A DNA stretch of 64,000 nt from Octopus vulgaris (GCA_951406725.2 OX597814.1:189720001-189784000), one strand, 5' to 3'; counted from the stretch's first letter, positions 37,637 to 51,604 are shown. The notes: a model not told the origin generated them from the letters alone. Numbers and translations: made by a program.

Positions 37637-39729
37637 TCCTACCACACAGTGCGCCTGCGCCTATTTGCGTGTATTTCACTCTTCGTCTGTGTCGTTATGT
37701 ATTTTTCGTAAATTTTAAACTTTTGATTTGTAGAATAAAATGTACTTTATTGAAATACTTATATTACGTAATAAAAATAAACCAAGAAATATATTTGCTT
37801 CTGTTTCTCTCAAAGCACAGGCCTTTCTCTCTTGCTACCGCTTATCTGACATTTCATTCGCAGGCTCCTTTTGTCTACTTTACACTAGTGCTGATTCTAA
37901 ATAGAAATATACTCAGCCAGGCATAGAGAAAACACAGCTTCAGTTACTGTCATCGCTGTTAAAGACACACCCAATTATTCTTTGTTGCTGAATCATTTTC
38001 TTTAATTGTATGTGACTGGTTCTCAAAATTCTTTTCCAGTAATCAGTGATACAAGCCATGCAGCTGATAAACATTTCAATTTCCTCTGTTGAAAGCTGAG
38101 ATCCAAGTCCTTAAACCTTAAAATAGATATATTTTAAAATGTACCATCCATCTTGCTAATGCGCACAGTCTTAAAGTACACGCTCGAAAATTGCATGTAT
38201 ACAATTAACATAATCTTCCCTCTTGGCTGCTATTTAACCTCTACCGGATTTAATCAAACTTATACCAATGATTGTTACCTTGTTTCTGCATATTTTGATA
38301 ACTATAATTCATATTCTGTTGTGTCTGGGGCAAGTCATTTTCTTTTTGTGCCTTATAATGTAACACACTCACTGGTAAAATTTCATGTGTATGTGCATGT
38401 GTGCGCACATGTATAAATGTTTGCGAGTGTGTTTGTGTGTTTGCTTGTGTGAGTGTGTTTGTTACCGCACTATTTTCATATAACCGTTAACCTTACATCG
38501 GGTTCATTCGTTCTATGGAGAGGTATAGCTTTCGCCCTGTTTGGTTTCTAGCAAACATCTTTACCAAGCATGCCACTTTTGAGAAAGCTATTTAGTCGCT
38601 AACGACCCGACAATGATATTGGTTGTAGCAAAGTACATATTAACAATTGGCACTCTTGGACGATCTGATGTGTGTGTGTGTGTGTGCCTGCTTGTATATG
38701 TTTGTGTGCATATCACAAGTTACAATGATATAGGTGGTAGCGAAGTACATATAAACAAGTGGCACTCTTGAACAACTTAACATGTATGTGTGTGCAAGTG
38801 TGTTTGTGAAGTTTTGGTTGAAATGTGTGAAGACATAAAAATTAGGTCTTATACAATAATTCATGATGGAGACAGGAAGCAAGGAATGGTTTTTATAATA
38901 CTCCAAAAGAATAATCTCAGATAAATTTACATTAGCGCAAACGTATATACAATACATACCTTCGATCAAATTTTTATTGTAATCTCAATTTAACTACCTT
39001 CTCTTTTATATCCAAAATTGACGAAGCATTATATACAGCAATTCTCACTTTTATATAATCCATATATTAATACATTCTCTATACTTAGTAATGTCATATA
39101 TCCAAGCTAGTCTTTTCCGCATTTTGCAGATAACCTGGGTGTATCGTCCCGCAGAAATATTGTGCGATAACTGACATCCATATTAGTAGCAAACCAGGTA
39201 GGTTTTAGATGCGATGGCCACATTTCACGTATTGTACTAACACCAGGTCTTTCTTTTTTGAAATACTATCTTCCACAGCGTAAAATAATAGATGGCATGT
39301 AAATACTTGAGATTGGGTTCCATAGACAATACACGAAAGGATCGTTGGATGCAAATAGTTTAATAGAAATTTCGTCGCTAAACTGACTTTAAATCAAACC
39401 TCTATTGTTCAATTTGTATTATAGCTTCAAAACTGCAGACAGTCTTTCCTGAATTGGTACGCTTTTTATTGACCCTGAAATGTTAAAAAGCGAAATTGAC
39501 CTCGGTAGAATTTCATCTTAGACTGAACAGATTAGGTGCAAATACCACGAGGTATTCAATCCGACATTTGAATGACTCTCTCATATAACAATTAGATACA
39601 TACATATGTACAAACATACATACATGAATACATACATACATGCACACAGACGTACATACACACACGCCTTGTATGCATAGATGCATACACACACACATAC
39701 ATACATACATACATACATACATACATACA

Positions 39730-39760
<31 letters not shown>

Positions 39761-40351
39761 CTATATGTACATAGTTACTGACAGCCGGTGTATTCGAACA
39801 AATATAGCCGGTGGTATTTAAGGCTGTCCAAATTATCTTCGTTTGTATGTCCAGTTTACATTTCATGTGAAATAACGACAAAATAACTATCTGTCAAAGT
39901 CCGGTGTGATTGACTAAACAAAAGCTTGACGAGTAAACCCTAATCAGGCCGTCGTCCAATGACTGACACTAATAAAAGAATTAACAACATATTAAATTTA
40001 TTTTATATGAAGTAAATCATTAAAACCATGTACATTGTAAAAAGCCATGTGAAGTATTCCTGTGGGAGCTTTTATAGTTTCATTGATCAGCTGTTGTTCA
40101 AACTAATGCTCGTTTTATTTTCAATTGAAACAATCCGATATTAACATAGTGAAGATTAGAAAAGCACTGAGATACCCTTCAGAAAACTAGTTCTGTTCTG
40201 TCTCAACAAATCCAGAGAAAGCAAACGTTGCAAGCTTTTATTGTTTAGCTGAAGAACAACTTCATTCACATTGTGACTTTCCACCAGTTATTATTCCTTC
40301 TATTTTTATGCATCCTTTATTTATCCATTCAATGTGATCTACGTATCAAGC

Positions 40352-40625
40352 CAATATATCAAATTTCCAGTTAATGTGTCAATTGGCAAATCAACGTGCC
40401 AAATATCCCGTCATCGCGTCAAATATCCAGTCAACGCGTCAAATATCAACTTTCCAGTTAATGTGTCAATTGGCCAATCAACGTGCCAAATATCCCGTCA
40501 TCGTGTCAAATATCCAGTCAACGCGTCAAATATCAACATTCCAATTAATGTGTCCATTGGCCAATCAACGTGCCAAATATCTCGTAATCGTGTCAAATAT
40601 CCAGTCAACGCGTCAAATATCCAAT
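40352..40625. repeat. 87-bp minisatellite, ~3.2 copies, with internal 20-bp subunits
   Basis: TTAATGTGTC at 40371, 40458 and 40545. Subunit TCAAATATCCAGTCAACGCG. Confidence 0.9.
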
Positions 40626-40952
40626 GAATGTATTAATTATCCGGTTGATATGCAATTAACCGGTCAAAATGTCTTTCCTTTTCTATAATGGTAAGATGTG
40701 ACTTAAGGGAGATTTGGCTGCCATCTCCAACGTTTCCTTTGATTTAGGACAACAAATTGAAGTGCGCTGATGAATGTGAAGGAAATAAAAAAAGGATTTT
40801 TTAAATATCTACTCACAACACACGTTTTCACGTTCTATCGTTTATCAAAACATACCTAATTATTACTCTTTAAATATATTTTGCAGCTTAATAAGTTGCA
40901 TATGAAAGTTTTAGTGTCTTAAGTAAGATTAAAGCAGTACCAATAATTATAT

Positions 40953-41166
40953 ATTTCTTTATTGCCCACAAGGGGCTAAACATGGAGGGGACAAACGGAT
41001 TAAGTCGATTACATCGACCCCAGTGCCAAACTGGAACTTAATTTATCGACCCCGAAAGGATGAAAGGCAAAGTCTACCTCGGCGGAATTTGAACTCAAAA
41101 AACGGCAGATGAAATACCGCTAAGCATTTCGCCCGGCGTGCTAACATTTCTGCCAGCTCACCGCCT
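40953..41166 (-). mobile_element. SINE family A
   Basis: Tail TTTCTTTATTGCCCACAAGGGGCTAAAC to head CCAGCTCACCGCC. Confidence 0.9.
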
Positions 41167-41221
41167 TACTCGTTCGTACCAGCTCGTCGCCTTACAGTAC
41201 CAATAATTATAGTCAAAAAGA

Positions 41222-41686
41222 AGCGGTGAGCCGTGAGAATCGTTAGCATGCCAAGCCGGATGAAATGTTTAGCGGGCTTTCTTCCGGTTCCACCTTCTGA
41301 GTTCAAATGCCAACGAGGTCGATTTTGCCTTTCACCCTTTCGATGTCGATAAAATAAATACACTAATTGAGGACTGTGGAGGCACATGGCCTAGTTGTTA
41401 GAGTTGCGGACTAGCGGTCGAGGGATCGCGGGTTCGAATCTCAGATCGGACGATGTGTGTGTTTATGAGCGAAACACCTAAGCTCCACGCGGCTCCGGTA
41501 GAAGGTAATGGTGAACTTCTGCAGACTCCTTCGCCACAACTTTCTCTCACTCTTTTCTCCTGCATCCTGCAGCTCATCTGCGAGGGACCGGCGTCCCGTC
41601 CAGGTGGGGAACATATACGCCAAGGAAACCGGGACACCGGCCCTTATGAGCTAGGCATGGCTCGAGAAGGAACAACAACAACAACA

Positions 41687-41724
<38 letters not shown>

Positions 41725-41830
41725 TAATAATAATAATAATAACAACAACAACAATAATAATAATAATAATAAATAAATTGAGGATTGGAGTCGATGTAAT
41801 TGCTGACATTGTGCTAAAATTTGAAACCAA
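41222..41830 (+). mobile_element. Old SINE family A copy split by a family C insertion
   Basis: Head and body at 41222-41373. The element resumes at 41776 with TTGGAGTCGATGTAAT...TTGTGCTAAAATTTGAAAC. Confidence 0.7.
41374..41775 (+). mobile_element. tRNA-derived SINE family C (MetaSINE/RUDI-like), full length with (AAC)/(AAT) tail and 9-bp TSD
   Basis: A-box TGGCCTAGTTG, B-box GGTTCGAATCT, Meta-like GGCGTCCCGTCCAGG...CCAAGGAAACCGG. TSD AATTGAGGA at 41365-41373 and 41776-41784. Confidence 0.85.
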
Positions 41831-42539
41831 TAATTATAAACAATCTCAGCACTTTTCAGTGGTGTTTCTGGCACTATATGTCACTATAAATTGCAAAATA
41901 TAATGTAGAATGAACGTGAGGTTTGGAAGCTACGGTTAAACCACAATTGATAGTCTTCTCAGCTTGAAAAGTGGTGAAATACATTAATGTTCATTAATGT
42001 TACGACGAATAAACCTTGGGTAGTTGTATTTAATATGACTTGTGGTTTTGTGAGTGTGTGTGTGTATACACGCGCGTGTTTGTGTCTAACACGAAGTTTC
42101 GAAGTGGAAAGTGTTAATATAATTCTTGTAGAAGCTGACAGCGTAAAATAATTATTTAAAGTCTCACCTCTGTATTTGCACTTTTTTTTAGGTTTGTGTA
42201 ATGTTATTTGAGAGATATTTATAATTTAGCCTCGTGATTCACGAACCGAACGAAACAATCAACAAAGAAGGAATGGACTGGACAAATCCAAGACAAAAAA
42301 AAACTAAACGAAAACAACAACAACAAGACTCAATCTTATATTCGAATCTTTCATCATGTCAGGTAAATTGTTTGTTATGTTTTAATATATTTCAGCTCTG
42401 TTATTCAGAAAGCACTCTTTATAAATAGAGAGGGACCAGAAAATTTTTATATCCGTTCAGTTCAGTTCAATACTAAAAACAGAATATAGTTATGTTATGT
42501 TTTTTGGTGATGGACTTAGAAAAGGAGAGGTGTGTGGAA

Positions 42540-43495
42540 CAATAGAGCGAGTGAGAGAGAGAGGGAGAGGGAGGGAGAGGGTGGGGAGGGAGGGAGAGAG
42601 AGGATGAGGAGGGATGGAGGGAGAGAGAGGGTGGGAGGGAGAGAGAGGGTGGGGATGGAGAGAGAGGGTGGGGATGGAGAGAGAGGGTGGGGAGGGAGAG
42701 AGAGTGACACACACACACACACACATACGCACACACACATACACACACACACACACATAGACAAAATGAATAGAAGGTAAAGCGTGTGAGTGTAAATGAG
42801 AAATCTTATGAAAATATATTAAAAAAGAGGAAGAAGATGAGGAGGTGATGTAGGAGGAGGAGGTGATGTAGGAGGAGGAGGTGGTGTAGGAGGAGGAGGT
42901 GGTGTAGGAGGAGGAGGTGGTGTAGGAGGAGGAGAAGGAGGAGGAGGAGGAGGAGGAGGAGGTGATGTAGGAGGTGGTGGCGGTGCAGGAAGACGGAGAA
43001 GTTTGTTCATAATATGGCCTGGAAGTGAAGAAAGAACTTTACGAAGAGCCATGGCTTAAGTATTGAGGAAGATGAAGAAGCGGCGGACGTCTTCAACGAC
43101 TACTAATAGGAAAAACTGAGAGGTAAAGGATGTGGATGAGGAGGGGAGGAAGAAGAGGAGGAAGAAGAGGAGAAAGCGTGGGAGTGGGAGAAAGAAGAGG
43201 TGAATGAAGATGAAGGGGAAGGAGAAGAAGATTAGGAGGAGCAGGAAGAAGATGAAGAAGAAGATGAGCAGGATGAACAGGAACAGGGAGAAGATAAGCT
43301 GGAGGAGGAGGAGAGGAGGAGGCGGCGGAGGAGGCGGAGGAAGCGGAAGAGGTGGAGGAGGTGGAGGAAGCGGAAGAGGTGGAGGAGGAGGAGGAGGACA
43401 GGAGGAGGAAGGAGGAGGAAGGAGGAGGAGGAGGAGGAAAGAGGAGGAGGAAAGAGGAGGAGAAGAAGTGGTGGAGGAGGAGGAGGAGGGATTGA
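42540..43495. repeat. Polypurine (GGA)n/(GA)n low-complexity region
   Basis: Direct reading. Confidence 0.85.
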
Positions 43496-43726
43496 CGATA
43501 CGGCAGAACAGTTGTTAGAGTCGTAGAGTTAAATAAAGAAATATAGGTTGACGCTAGTTCTGACGGTTGAAATTCCAAGATTTAAGGTAACGAGAAGTTT
43601 TATTAGAACTTGTGCCGGCGCATGAAAATTACGCCAGGGAATTGTTGCCGTTAATCACTCACTGTATTATGCCAGAATAAGATTCTCCCTATTGAATCGA
43701 TATCACACGCGATATCACACGCGATT

Positions 43727-43776
<50 letters not shown>

Positions 43777-44441
43777 ACACACACACATACATACACACAC
43801 ACGGATCGTATTCTTCATTTTATGTTATCGCATAAAGATGCATAAGACCTGACTGCATAATACCAGAAACATGGATAAATATGTTCGGCGTATGTTGATC
43901 GCAACAGAAACATTTAGATATGGCGATATAATCCGGTATACCAACACACAAATGTAGAAGGTATGTGTGTGTATGTGAGTGTGAATGCGTAGTGTAGCAA
44001 AACGGCGGTGCATCAGCATTGCCACAGCTCTGAGTTGAAACTAGAGAAAAATATATATATATATGCACGCACGCACGCACATATGGAATAAGCAAAAATT
44101 TATGTAAGACATTCTATTGTAAAAATTGCTCGACAATGACCGGCTATTCATCTATGGAATAAAATGATAGATATTATCTATAATTTTATTGTTTCAGTAC
44201 GTTCGTACTTTTAATAAATCTTAATACGGTGATTTGAAAACAAATATGAAAGCAGTTTACCTTTAACTTGTTAGTTTTACGTTTGTTGTTGGACATATTG
44301 TAAAAGTTTTGACTGGGCATAAGATAGCTAATTCACTAAAGCGTATGCGTTAAGTGATAGGTGTAAATTAAAGAACAAGGTATTAAAATTCGCTGTTCCC
44401 TTCAGTAACACATTCTCTCCCTCCCGCTCTGTCCCTGTCTC

Positions 44442-44485
<44 letters not shown>

Positions 44486-44749
44486 TCACACACATACATT
44501 CCTGTCTCTCTGTCTCTTCCTGTCTCCTCCTCTTCACTGAAATTAGCCACCACATTTCCCTCAACCTAACACTCTTTGCACCCATATTATTTTAACATAT
44601 AATATCCCAACCCCGGTAGGGTGCCCATTATCGATAATTTAACTGAATGTTAGTTTAACATGTATGCAAAGTTTCGTGAAGATTAGTTTCCTTGTGTAGA
44701 CAGAAATATGGTAACAGACAAACAGAAATTATCATTCATATATAAGATT

Positions 44750-45345
44750 CTTTGAATCCGTCTTCATCTTCGATGACTGCTTCAGTGCAGAACCAGCAGA
44801 GTCGACATACCTGTACCAATTGGGTGTGATCCATTCCGGACATTATCTGGACAATGGCGAACTTCAATGTAGTTACGAGCTGTGATATTTTGAGGATGTC
44901 GATAATTTTCCATTTCAACAACGCTTTGGACGTAATACTCCATTGAGTTTAAATCTGGCGACTCTGGAGAAAAGTTTGGGGTTACATGATCATAAAGATA
45001 GTTGGGCATCCATCATTGGGTTAAATGGATATTGTGAGAAGGTACTGAGTCTTGTGGAAACATTTAAGGCCTTCTACGGCGTATTGCATTCATCCAGGAC
45101 TTAATAACTGTCTCCAGCATCTCAACTTATAACATTAAATCTAAGACCTTCAGAAAGATGTGAAAGATTCATGGCATGACCTTCGTTACTCAACTCTAGT
45201 AAAACCATCACAGTTGCCGGAAATTTAGTATGTGTCACTCTGGAGACATCAGAAGGAGCTGAACTTTGACCATCTGTCAATTCAGCAGTTAGAATTTTGG
45301 TCTTGGTAGAAGACCAAAACACCAAACATACATTAATTTACGAAC
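44750..45345 (-). mobile_element. Degenerate Tc1/mariner transposase relic
   Basis: Minus strand HTKFPATVMVL...SNEGH, QDS.PSH-like, FSPESPDLNSMEYYV and EAVIEDEDG remnants. Confidence 0.8.
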
Positions 45346-45594
45346 ATTGATCAATAGATATACTGTTCTACACTCTCTAACATATTCGAATCACGAAAAC
45401 TCACCAAAAACGAACCGGATCTAGAGTAACAGAACACTATACAATTTAACCATTAGGCTTCGAATACTCTGGACATGGGAATGGATTAGCATAGATTAAT
45501 ATAAGTTAAATATAAATCTAATTAGGGAAAACAAATTAACCGAATAAATTCCCTGTTAAAAACAAAAGTATTCGATAAATAATATAAAATATAT

Positions 45595-45826
45595 ATTTCT
45601 TTATTGCCCACAAGGGGCTAAACACAGAGAGGACAAACAAGGACAGACTAACGGATTAAGTCGATTACATCGACCCCAGTGCGTAACTGGTACTTAATTT
45701 ATCGACCCCGAAAGGATGAAAGGCAAAGTCGACCTCGGCGGAATTTGAGCTCAGAACGTAACGGCAGACGAAATACGGCTACTCATTTCGCCCGGCGTGC
45801 TAATGTTTCTGCCAGCTCGCCGCCTT
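45595..45826 (-). mobile_element. SINE family A, full length, young
   Basis: Near-consensus copy inserted in an AATATAAAAT repeat. Confidence 0.92.
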
Positions 45827-46788
45827 GAATAATATAAAATAATATAAAATATAATATACATATGGCAAAAACCTCCAGAGCTTAAAGAATTACTAGCATA
45901 AATACAACGAGCTAAATTGGTATAACAGATTATATCGCCATTTCGAAAAGTTGTGTAGCGATTGACCGACACCAAACATGTTTATCCGTACGCATGGTAT
46001 TGAGTACTACTCATCTTTCTACGATTACATACAACGTACAAATACTCTCGTGTGTATGTGTATGTATGCGTGTATGTGTGTGTATGTGTGATATTTTGTA
46101 AACGTTTGCGTGCGCACGCGGGGCTTATTAACATATAGACACAGGAAACAACAAATTTTGTTACTTCATGGAAAAGATGCCTCGAGTTCGTTGTAGTACA
46201 ATGTGTTATACTTAACACCTCTTCGTCTGAATCATATATGTAAATATGTACAACCCCCCCCCCCCACACACACACACACACGCACGCACACACTCACGCT
46301 CACACTTACATACTTGTCATTTATGTTATGTACCCACAATAAGATCGTTACCTCAAAATGATATATCACCAAGTCGCCATCCATTTTCGTCCTTTTGCTT
46401 TACGTTCTCATATCTTTTAATCTGGTAGTCAAATCTCCAGCCATATTTGCCTTAAGCTAGTCTACAGCTACGACTAGCTTTCATTTTGACTGAAAAGTCA
46501 GCTGACAAATTGTGCTTCATGCCAGCTTCACAGAGACATGACTGTATACAGGAGGACAAATGTATTGGCATATGTCTGATCTGTGTGATATGTTCCGAGT
46601 CCTCAAACGTTGTTTCATATTTTCTTATAGAAATACATATCACAGTTCTGTAATTAATTTCTTCTAGCTTATTAAATATTTATCAAGCACTTTCAAGTCA
46701 AATGTGCCTCGAGTTTACATTTAACACGTGTACGTCTAGGCCATGTATGTATGTGCAGGTATGTGTAAATGTATTTATATATCTATAC

Positions 46789-46869
<81 letters not shown>

Positions 46870-47077
46870 GATTTATATGTAAATATATAGGTAAGCAGAT
46901 AGATAGCTGTCCATACATGCAGACATGTGTACACACAGACACATACATACATACATACATACATACATACATACATACATACATACACATACACATACAT
47001 ACATACATACATACATACATACATACATACATACATACTTACATACATACATACATACATACACACACATACATACA

Positions 47078-48710
47078 CAGGGTAACCCAAAAGTAGGTTT
47101 ACAGTTATTCAACTATCTCTTTCGCATTCATACATTAACAGTTTTTTTCTTTTCTTTCCTTTTTTCTTTTCTTTCCTTTTTTTCTTTTCTTTCCTTTTTT
47201 TCCTTTCCCTTTTACGATCCCTTTTGATCGAAAACCTACCCCACTTTTTCTTTCTTTTCTCCCCATAAAGAAAAGCTCTACTTTGTAATCTGTCCTGTCT
47301 GTGTTTAGCCCTGTGTGGCTAATAAAGAAACATATATTAACAGTTTAGATTTTAATTATTAAAAAAAAAATGAAACCATTATTCCATTCTAATTTAGTTA
47401 ATTTTGTTAAGCACTCTTTTCAGTTTGTAATTGCTTTTTTGTTTTTTGTTTTTTTTACAGGTACTTTAAAGCGTGAGTCATGCATAAAGGAAGTGGATAC
47501 TAAGGTAGTATTGGAAGTCTGAAAATGCCGAGCATTATGACAAGAAGACTTTCAGATTCCACCTTCACGCCAGACAATTTATCAGATAAGAAATAGATTT
47601 GATGCCACAGGTTCAGTGGCAAAATTAACTAAATTAGGATAGAATAATGGTTTCATACTTTTTTTAATAATTAAGATCTAAACTGTTAATACATGTTTCT
47701 TTATTAGCCACACAGGGCTAAACACAGACAGGACCAAAATCTGGAAGCCCTAAGACTTCTGTTAGTGGCTATGATATTTGTGAAAAGTCCAAAGAAGTCC
47801 ACATGACGTGCTTCTCTAGAACTATCCATACCAAGAACATCATTGCAACGCTTAATGCATAAGCTGAAATCAACACCCTTCCGTCCACGACTAGTACATG
47901 GAGGACGATCCATATCGCCGGCTGCAATTCTGCGAAATGTTGCGTGACCAAATTGCCAATGAACAACAATACTATCTGGATAAGATCATCTGGTCAGATG
48001 AGGCTTGCTTCAAATTATCTGGTCATGTAAACAGGCGTAACTGCGTGTACTGGGCTGATGAAAATCCCCATTTGACCATAGAATCTCAGCTGAACCAGCA
48101 AGATGTTGCAGAGTGGGGGGGGACAACTCTCAAGCGAAGGTATTATCAGACCCGGTTTCTTTGATAGAGCTGTAAATGGGCAGAACTGCTTGGAAATGCT
48201 TCGTGACGTGGTGGTACCCCGACTCAGAACCAAAGCTAACTTTGATGAACTGTTCTTTCAGTAAGATAGAACACATCCACTTCATGTGTTGACAGTAAGA
48301 GACTATCTTAACCAAGCCTTTCCACTGCGTTTAAATGGAAGACAGGCCAACACGTTCACCTGACCCGAAATAAAGGGATTTCGCTTTTTCGAGTGTTATA
48401 ATAAAACAAGGTTCATGAGAAGAATCCCAAAACGGTAAATGGATTAAAAGATTACATTTCTGACGCATTCGCTGAAATTGATGGAGATCAGAATTTGTGC
48501 CCAACTGTGTGTCAGAGTATTCTGAAGAGGTTTGAAGAATGTTGTAATGTTGAAGGAGGACATTTTGAGCATCTGAGAGATTAAACATTGTTTGTTTAAG
48601 ATGCGCATAAACAATATGATTGTAAGATAGAAATTAAAATGTAGTAAAATGTTTTGAAAGGAATTTCAAGTGCCTACGTGTAACTGTAAACCTACTTTTG
48701 GGCCAACCTG
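47078..48710 (+). mobile_element. Full-span degenerate Tc1/mariner-superfamily transposon with TIRs
   Basis: TIRs CAGGGTAACCCAAAAGTAGGTTTACAGTT / AACTGTAAACCTACTTTTGGGCCAACCTG-TA. Transposase remnants EDDPYRRLQFCE, IIWSDEACFKLSGHVNRRNCVYWADENPH, RSPD and GGHFEHL. Confidence 0.9.
47144..47334 (+). mobile_element. Retroelement 3' end (T-rich UTR) inserted in the transposon with a TSD
   Basis: ATTAACAGTTT duplicated at ~47133 and ~47336. Tail TGTGTTTAGCCCTGTGTGGCTAATAAAGAAAC. Confidence 0.7.
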
Positions 48711-48960
48711 TATATCTATCTGTCTATCTATCTATCTACATGTATACATGTATACATATATATACATGTATATATTTTTTAATGAAAAATAGAGTCGAAC
48801 ACTATTCCACCATGTGGTCGGCTTGAAAACTTGTTAAGATATTAAGATATTTTTCTTAACATGAAACCAATGGTAGCCTTAATGCAGAAATAAGAAATGT
48901 TATCCACCAATGCGTTGTTGAGCATTCACTCTCTTTGTTCGACATTGACGTATATATATA

Positions 48961-49026
<66 letters not shown>

Positions 49027-50570
49027 ACATGTATAGCCATGCTAAAGAGATTGTACATCATTAAAGGGTAAAATGTAATGCAAAATCTCTACTGTCATAA
49101 ACTAATAACAAAAAAATAAATACACCAAAGTAAAAAAAAAAAGAGGAAGAAAAATAATGAAGTAGAATGTAGAAGTAAAGTGCAACTCCATTGACAGGAT
49201 TGGAGATAATAGCATAAATTGTTTTCAGGAACTTACAAAATAACAGAGGCGTAATGTAAAAGAAGCGAGGCTAAAGAATACATGAAAGAAATTCCTAAAA
49301 ATACAAAAAAAGAAAAGACGAGATAAATACATGCCCCCAAAAGAAAAGAACATGCACTTCTTATGGAAAATTGTGGACTATTGAAGGAAGAATAATAGAT
49401 TTTAAAGAAAATTAATGAATAATAGTTATTGACGTAGAAATAAGCTAGAAAAAACATAAAACTCATTTGGTTGACTATTAATCATGGAATATATTAAAGA
49501 GAGCTTCAGCAATTAACGGCAGAATATGATTGAGTACTAGCATACGGAGTTAGAGAAGGAGAGAGAGTGGACGTGTTAGAGTGAGAAGAATAACGAGGGT
49601 GAGAAGTGAGAGAGAGAGAGGGGGGGAGGGAGAGATAGAATGTGGCAATGAAAGGTAATTAGAAAGCTACAAAATAACTTAGCTGTACGAGAGTTTTGAT
49701 TACATACAGCAAGATTAGAAAGTTCGTAAATATATGTAGAAATTTCTCCTAAGTTTTTCCTAAACGTTTACTGGAACACGGATTGTTTTTTCCTAAGGAA
49801 AAGAAAATGAGGAAGAAAAGACGGAGGAATAATACTGAATACAGGTAAAATGAAGAACGAAGAGATAAATAGAAAATGAAATAAATATAAAAATGTATTT
49901 AGTTGTAGCAATTCTGTGATTGGGAGAAAATAGAAAGGCAAAAGCGCTGAAGAATTCGTGTACGTATATGCTTAACAACACTGCTTGCTTAAGTTATAAA
50001 ATTAACTTTTCTTTTGGAAGCGTCATTTTCACGGTATGTTATGGTGAGTCAGCTACATCATATTGACAGAAAATGGACAGGTGAGCCAAATGAAATTCCA
50101 GTAACGAATTCTCGTAGAATCAATGCCTATTCTTCGAAGACAAACACCTAAACTGGCTTTGGTGTTTTGGAAATTCTTTGAAGTGATAAAAGAAAGTTGC
50201 TCAATTAGAAATTATTTGGATCAGTTTTATTTTGTAACGGAAACAAAATCGTGTAAGACAACTATAGATGAATACCCATTCTTTGAGAGTGAAACGAGCA
50301 TAAAAGATCGGATCGGAAACGTGGAAAGGAACACATTAAATATTGTCTGTTCTATTCACATGTAAAATCCGTTATTAACGAAAATATAACAGAATGTCTG
50401 CCGTTGTTTTTAAATAGTATAAAGGTGTTTTTCAAAGGAAAACGTAACAACCGAATATTCTTAGAACACAATCTATCAAGAAAATTGTAGTATGTTCAAT
50501 TTATTTCCCTATAGTTTGATGTGAAATTAACAAGGGATTAAACCGGAAATACATAGCAGATACATAGCTA

Positions 50571-50787
50571 AACGTTAGCGCGCCGGGCGAAATGCGTAGC
50601 GGTATTTCGTCTGCTGTTACGTTCTGAGTTCAAATTCTGCCGAGGTCGACTTTGCCTTTCATCCTTTCGGGGTCGAGAAATTAAGTACCAGTTACGCACT
50701 GGGGTCGATGTAATCGACTTAATCCGTTCGTCTGTCCTTGTTTGTCCCCTCTGTGTTTAGCCCCTTGTGGGCAATAAAGAAATAAGA
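50571..50787 (+). mobile_element. SINE family A
   Basis: AACGTTAGCGCGCCGGGCGAAATGC...TTTAGCCCCTTGTGGGCAATAAAGAAATAAG. GATACATAGCT occurs on both sides (probable TSD). Confidence 0.9.
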
Positions 50788-50989
50788 TACATAGCTTATT
50801 CATCTTGGTGGAAACCGTTAAAGGATCGGAGATGATAGGTTTTCGAAATGTATATCGTGATAATTGAAAGGCCAATTTGAAGCTGAAATATCTGTGAAGT
50901 GAATATTTTTGATAATGATTAGTACATATAGATGTATTGTCTTCCTTTGATGCTAAACATTCAACGGAATTGTCGGGAGACTGTAATTA

Positions 50990-51397
50990 TCTCTTTATTG
51001 CCCACTAGGGCCTAAACATAGAGAGGACAAACAAGGACAGACAAACGGATTAAGTCGATTACATAGACCCCAGTGCGTAACTGGTACTTAATCGATCCCG
51101 AAAGGATGAAAGGCAAAGTCGACCTCAGCGGAATTTGAACTCAGAACGTAAGCGGCAGACGAAACACCTATTTCTTTACTACCCATAAGGGGCTAAACAC
51201 AGAGAGGACAATCAAGGACAGACAAACGGATTAAGTCGATTATATCGACCCCAGTGCGTAACTGGTACTTATTTAATCGACACCGAAAGGATGAAAGGCA
51301 AAGTCGACCTCGGCAGAATTTGAACTCAGAACGTAGCGGTAGACGAAATGCCGCTAAGCATTTCGCCCGGCGCGCTAACGTTTCTGCCAGCTCGCCG
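50990..51397 (-). mobile_element. SINE family A partial dimer
   Basis: Two body-tail units. GGGAGACTGTAAT flanks both sides (TSD). Confidence 0.9.
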
Positions 51398-51553
51398 GGA
51401 GACTGTAATGCCATACGTAATGACTCAAACATTTGAAACTTGATAGAAGCCATGTCTCTTCAGGTCTAAACACAGCTGAAACCAATCAAAGACAGCGAAG
51501 TACATTCATCATTAGTGCTGGACTGGTCCTATATTTGTAGAACACAAAAGAAA

Positions 51554-51604
<51 letters not shown>

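Noticed and set aside
40352-40625. CRISPR-like array
   Set aside because: The units repeat in full with no unique spacers, the context is eukaryotic, and there are no cas genes.
42819-43578. Pro-rich and Gly/Glu/Arg-rich ORFs
   Set aside because: They derive from (GGA)n low complexity. A UTR exon nearby cannot be excluded but is unsupported.
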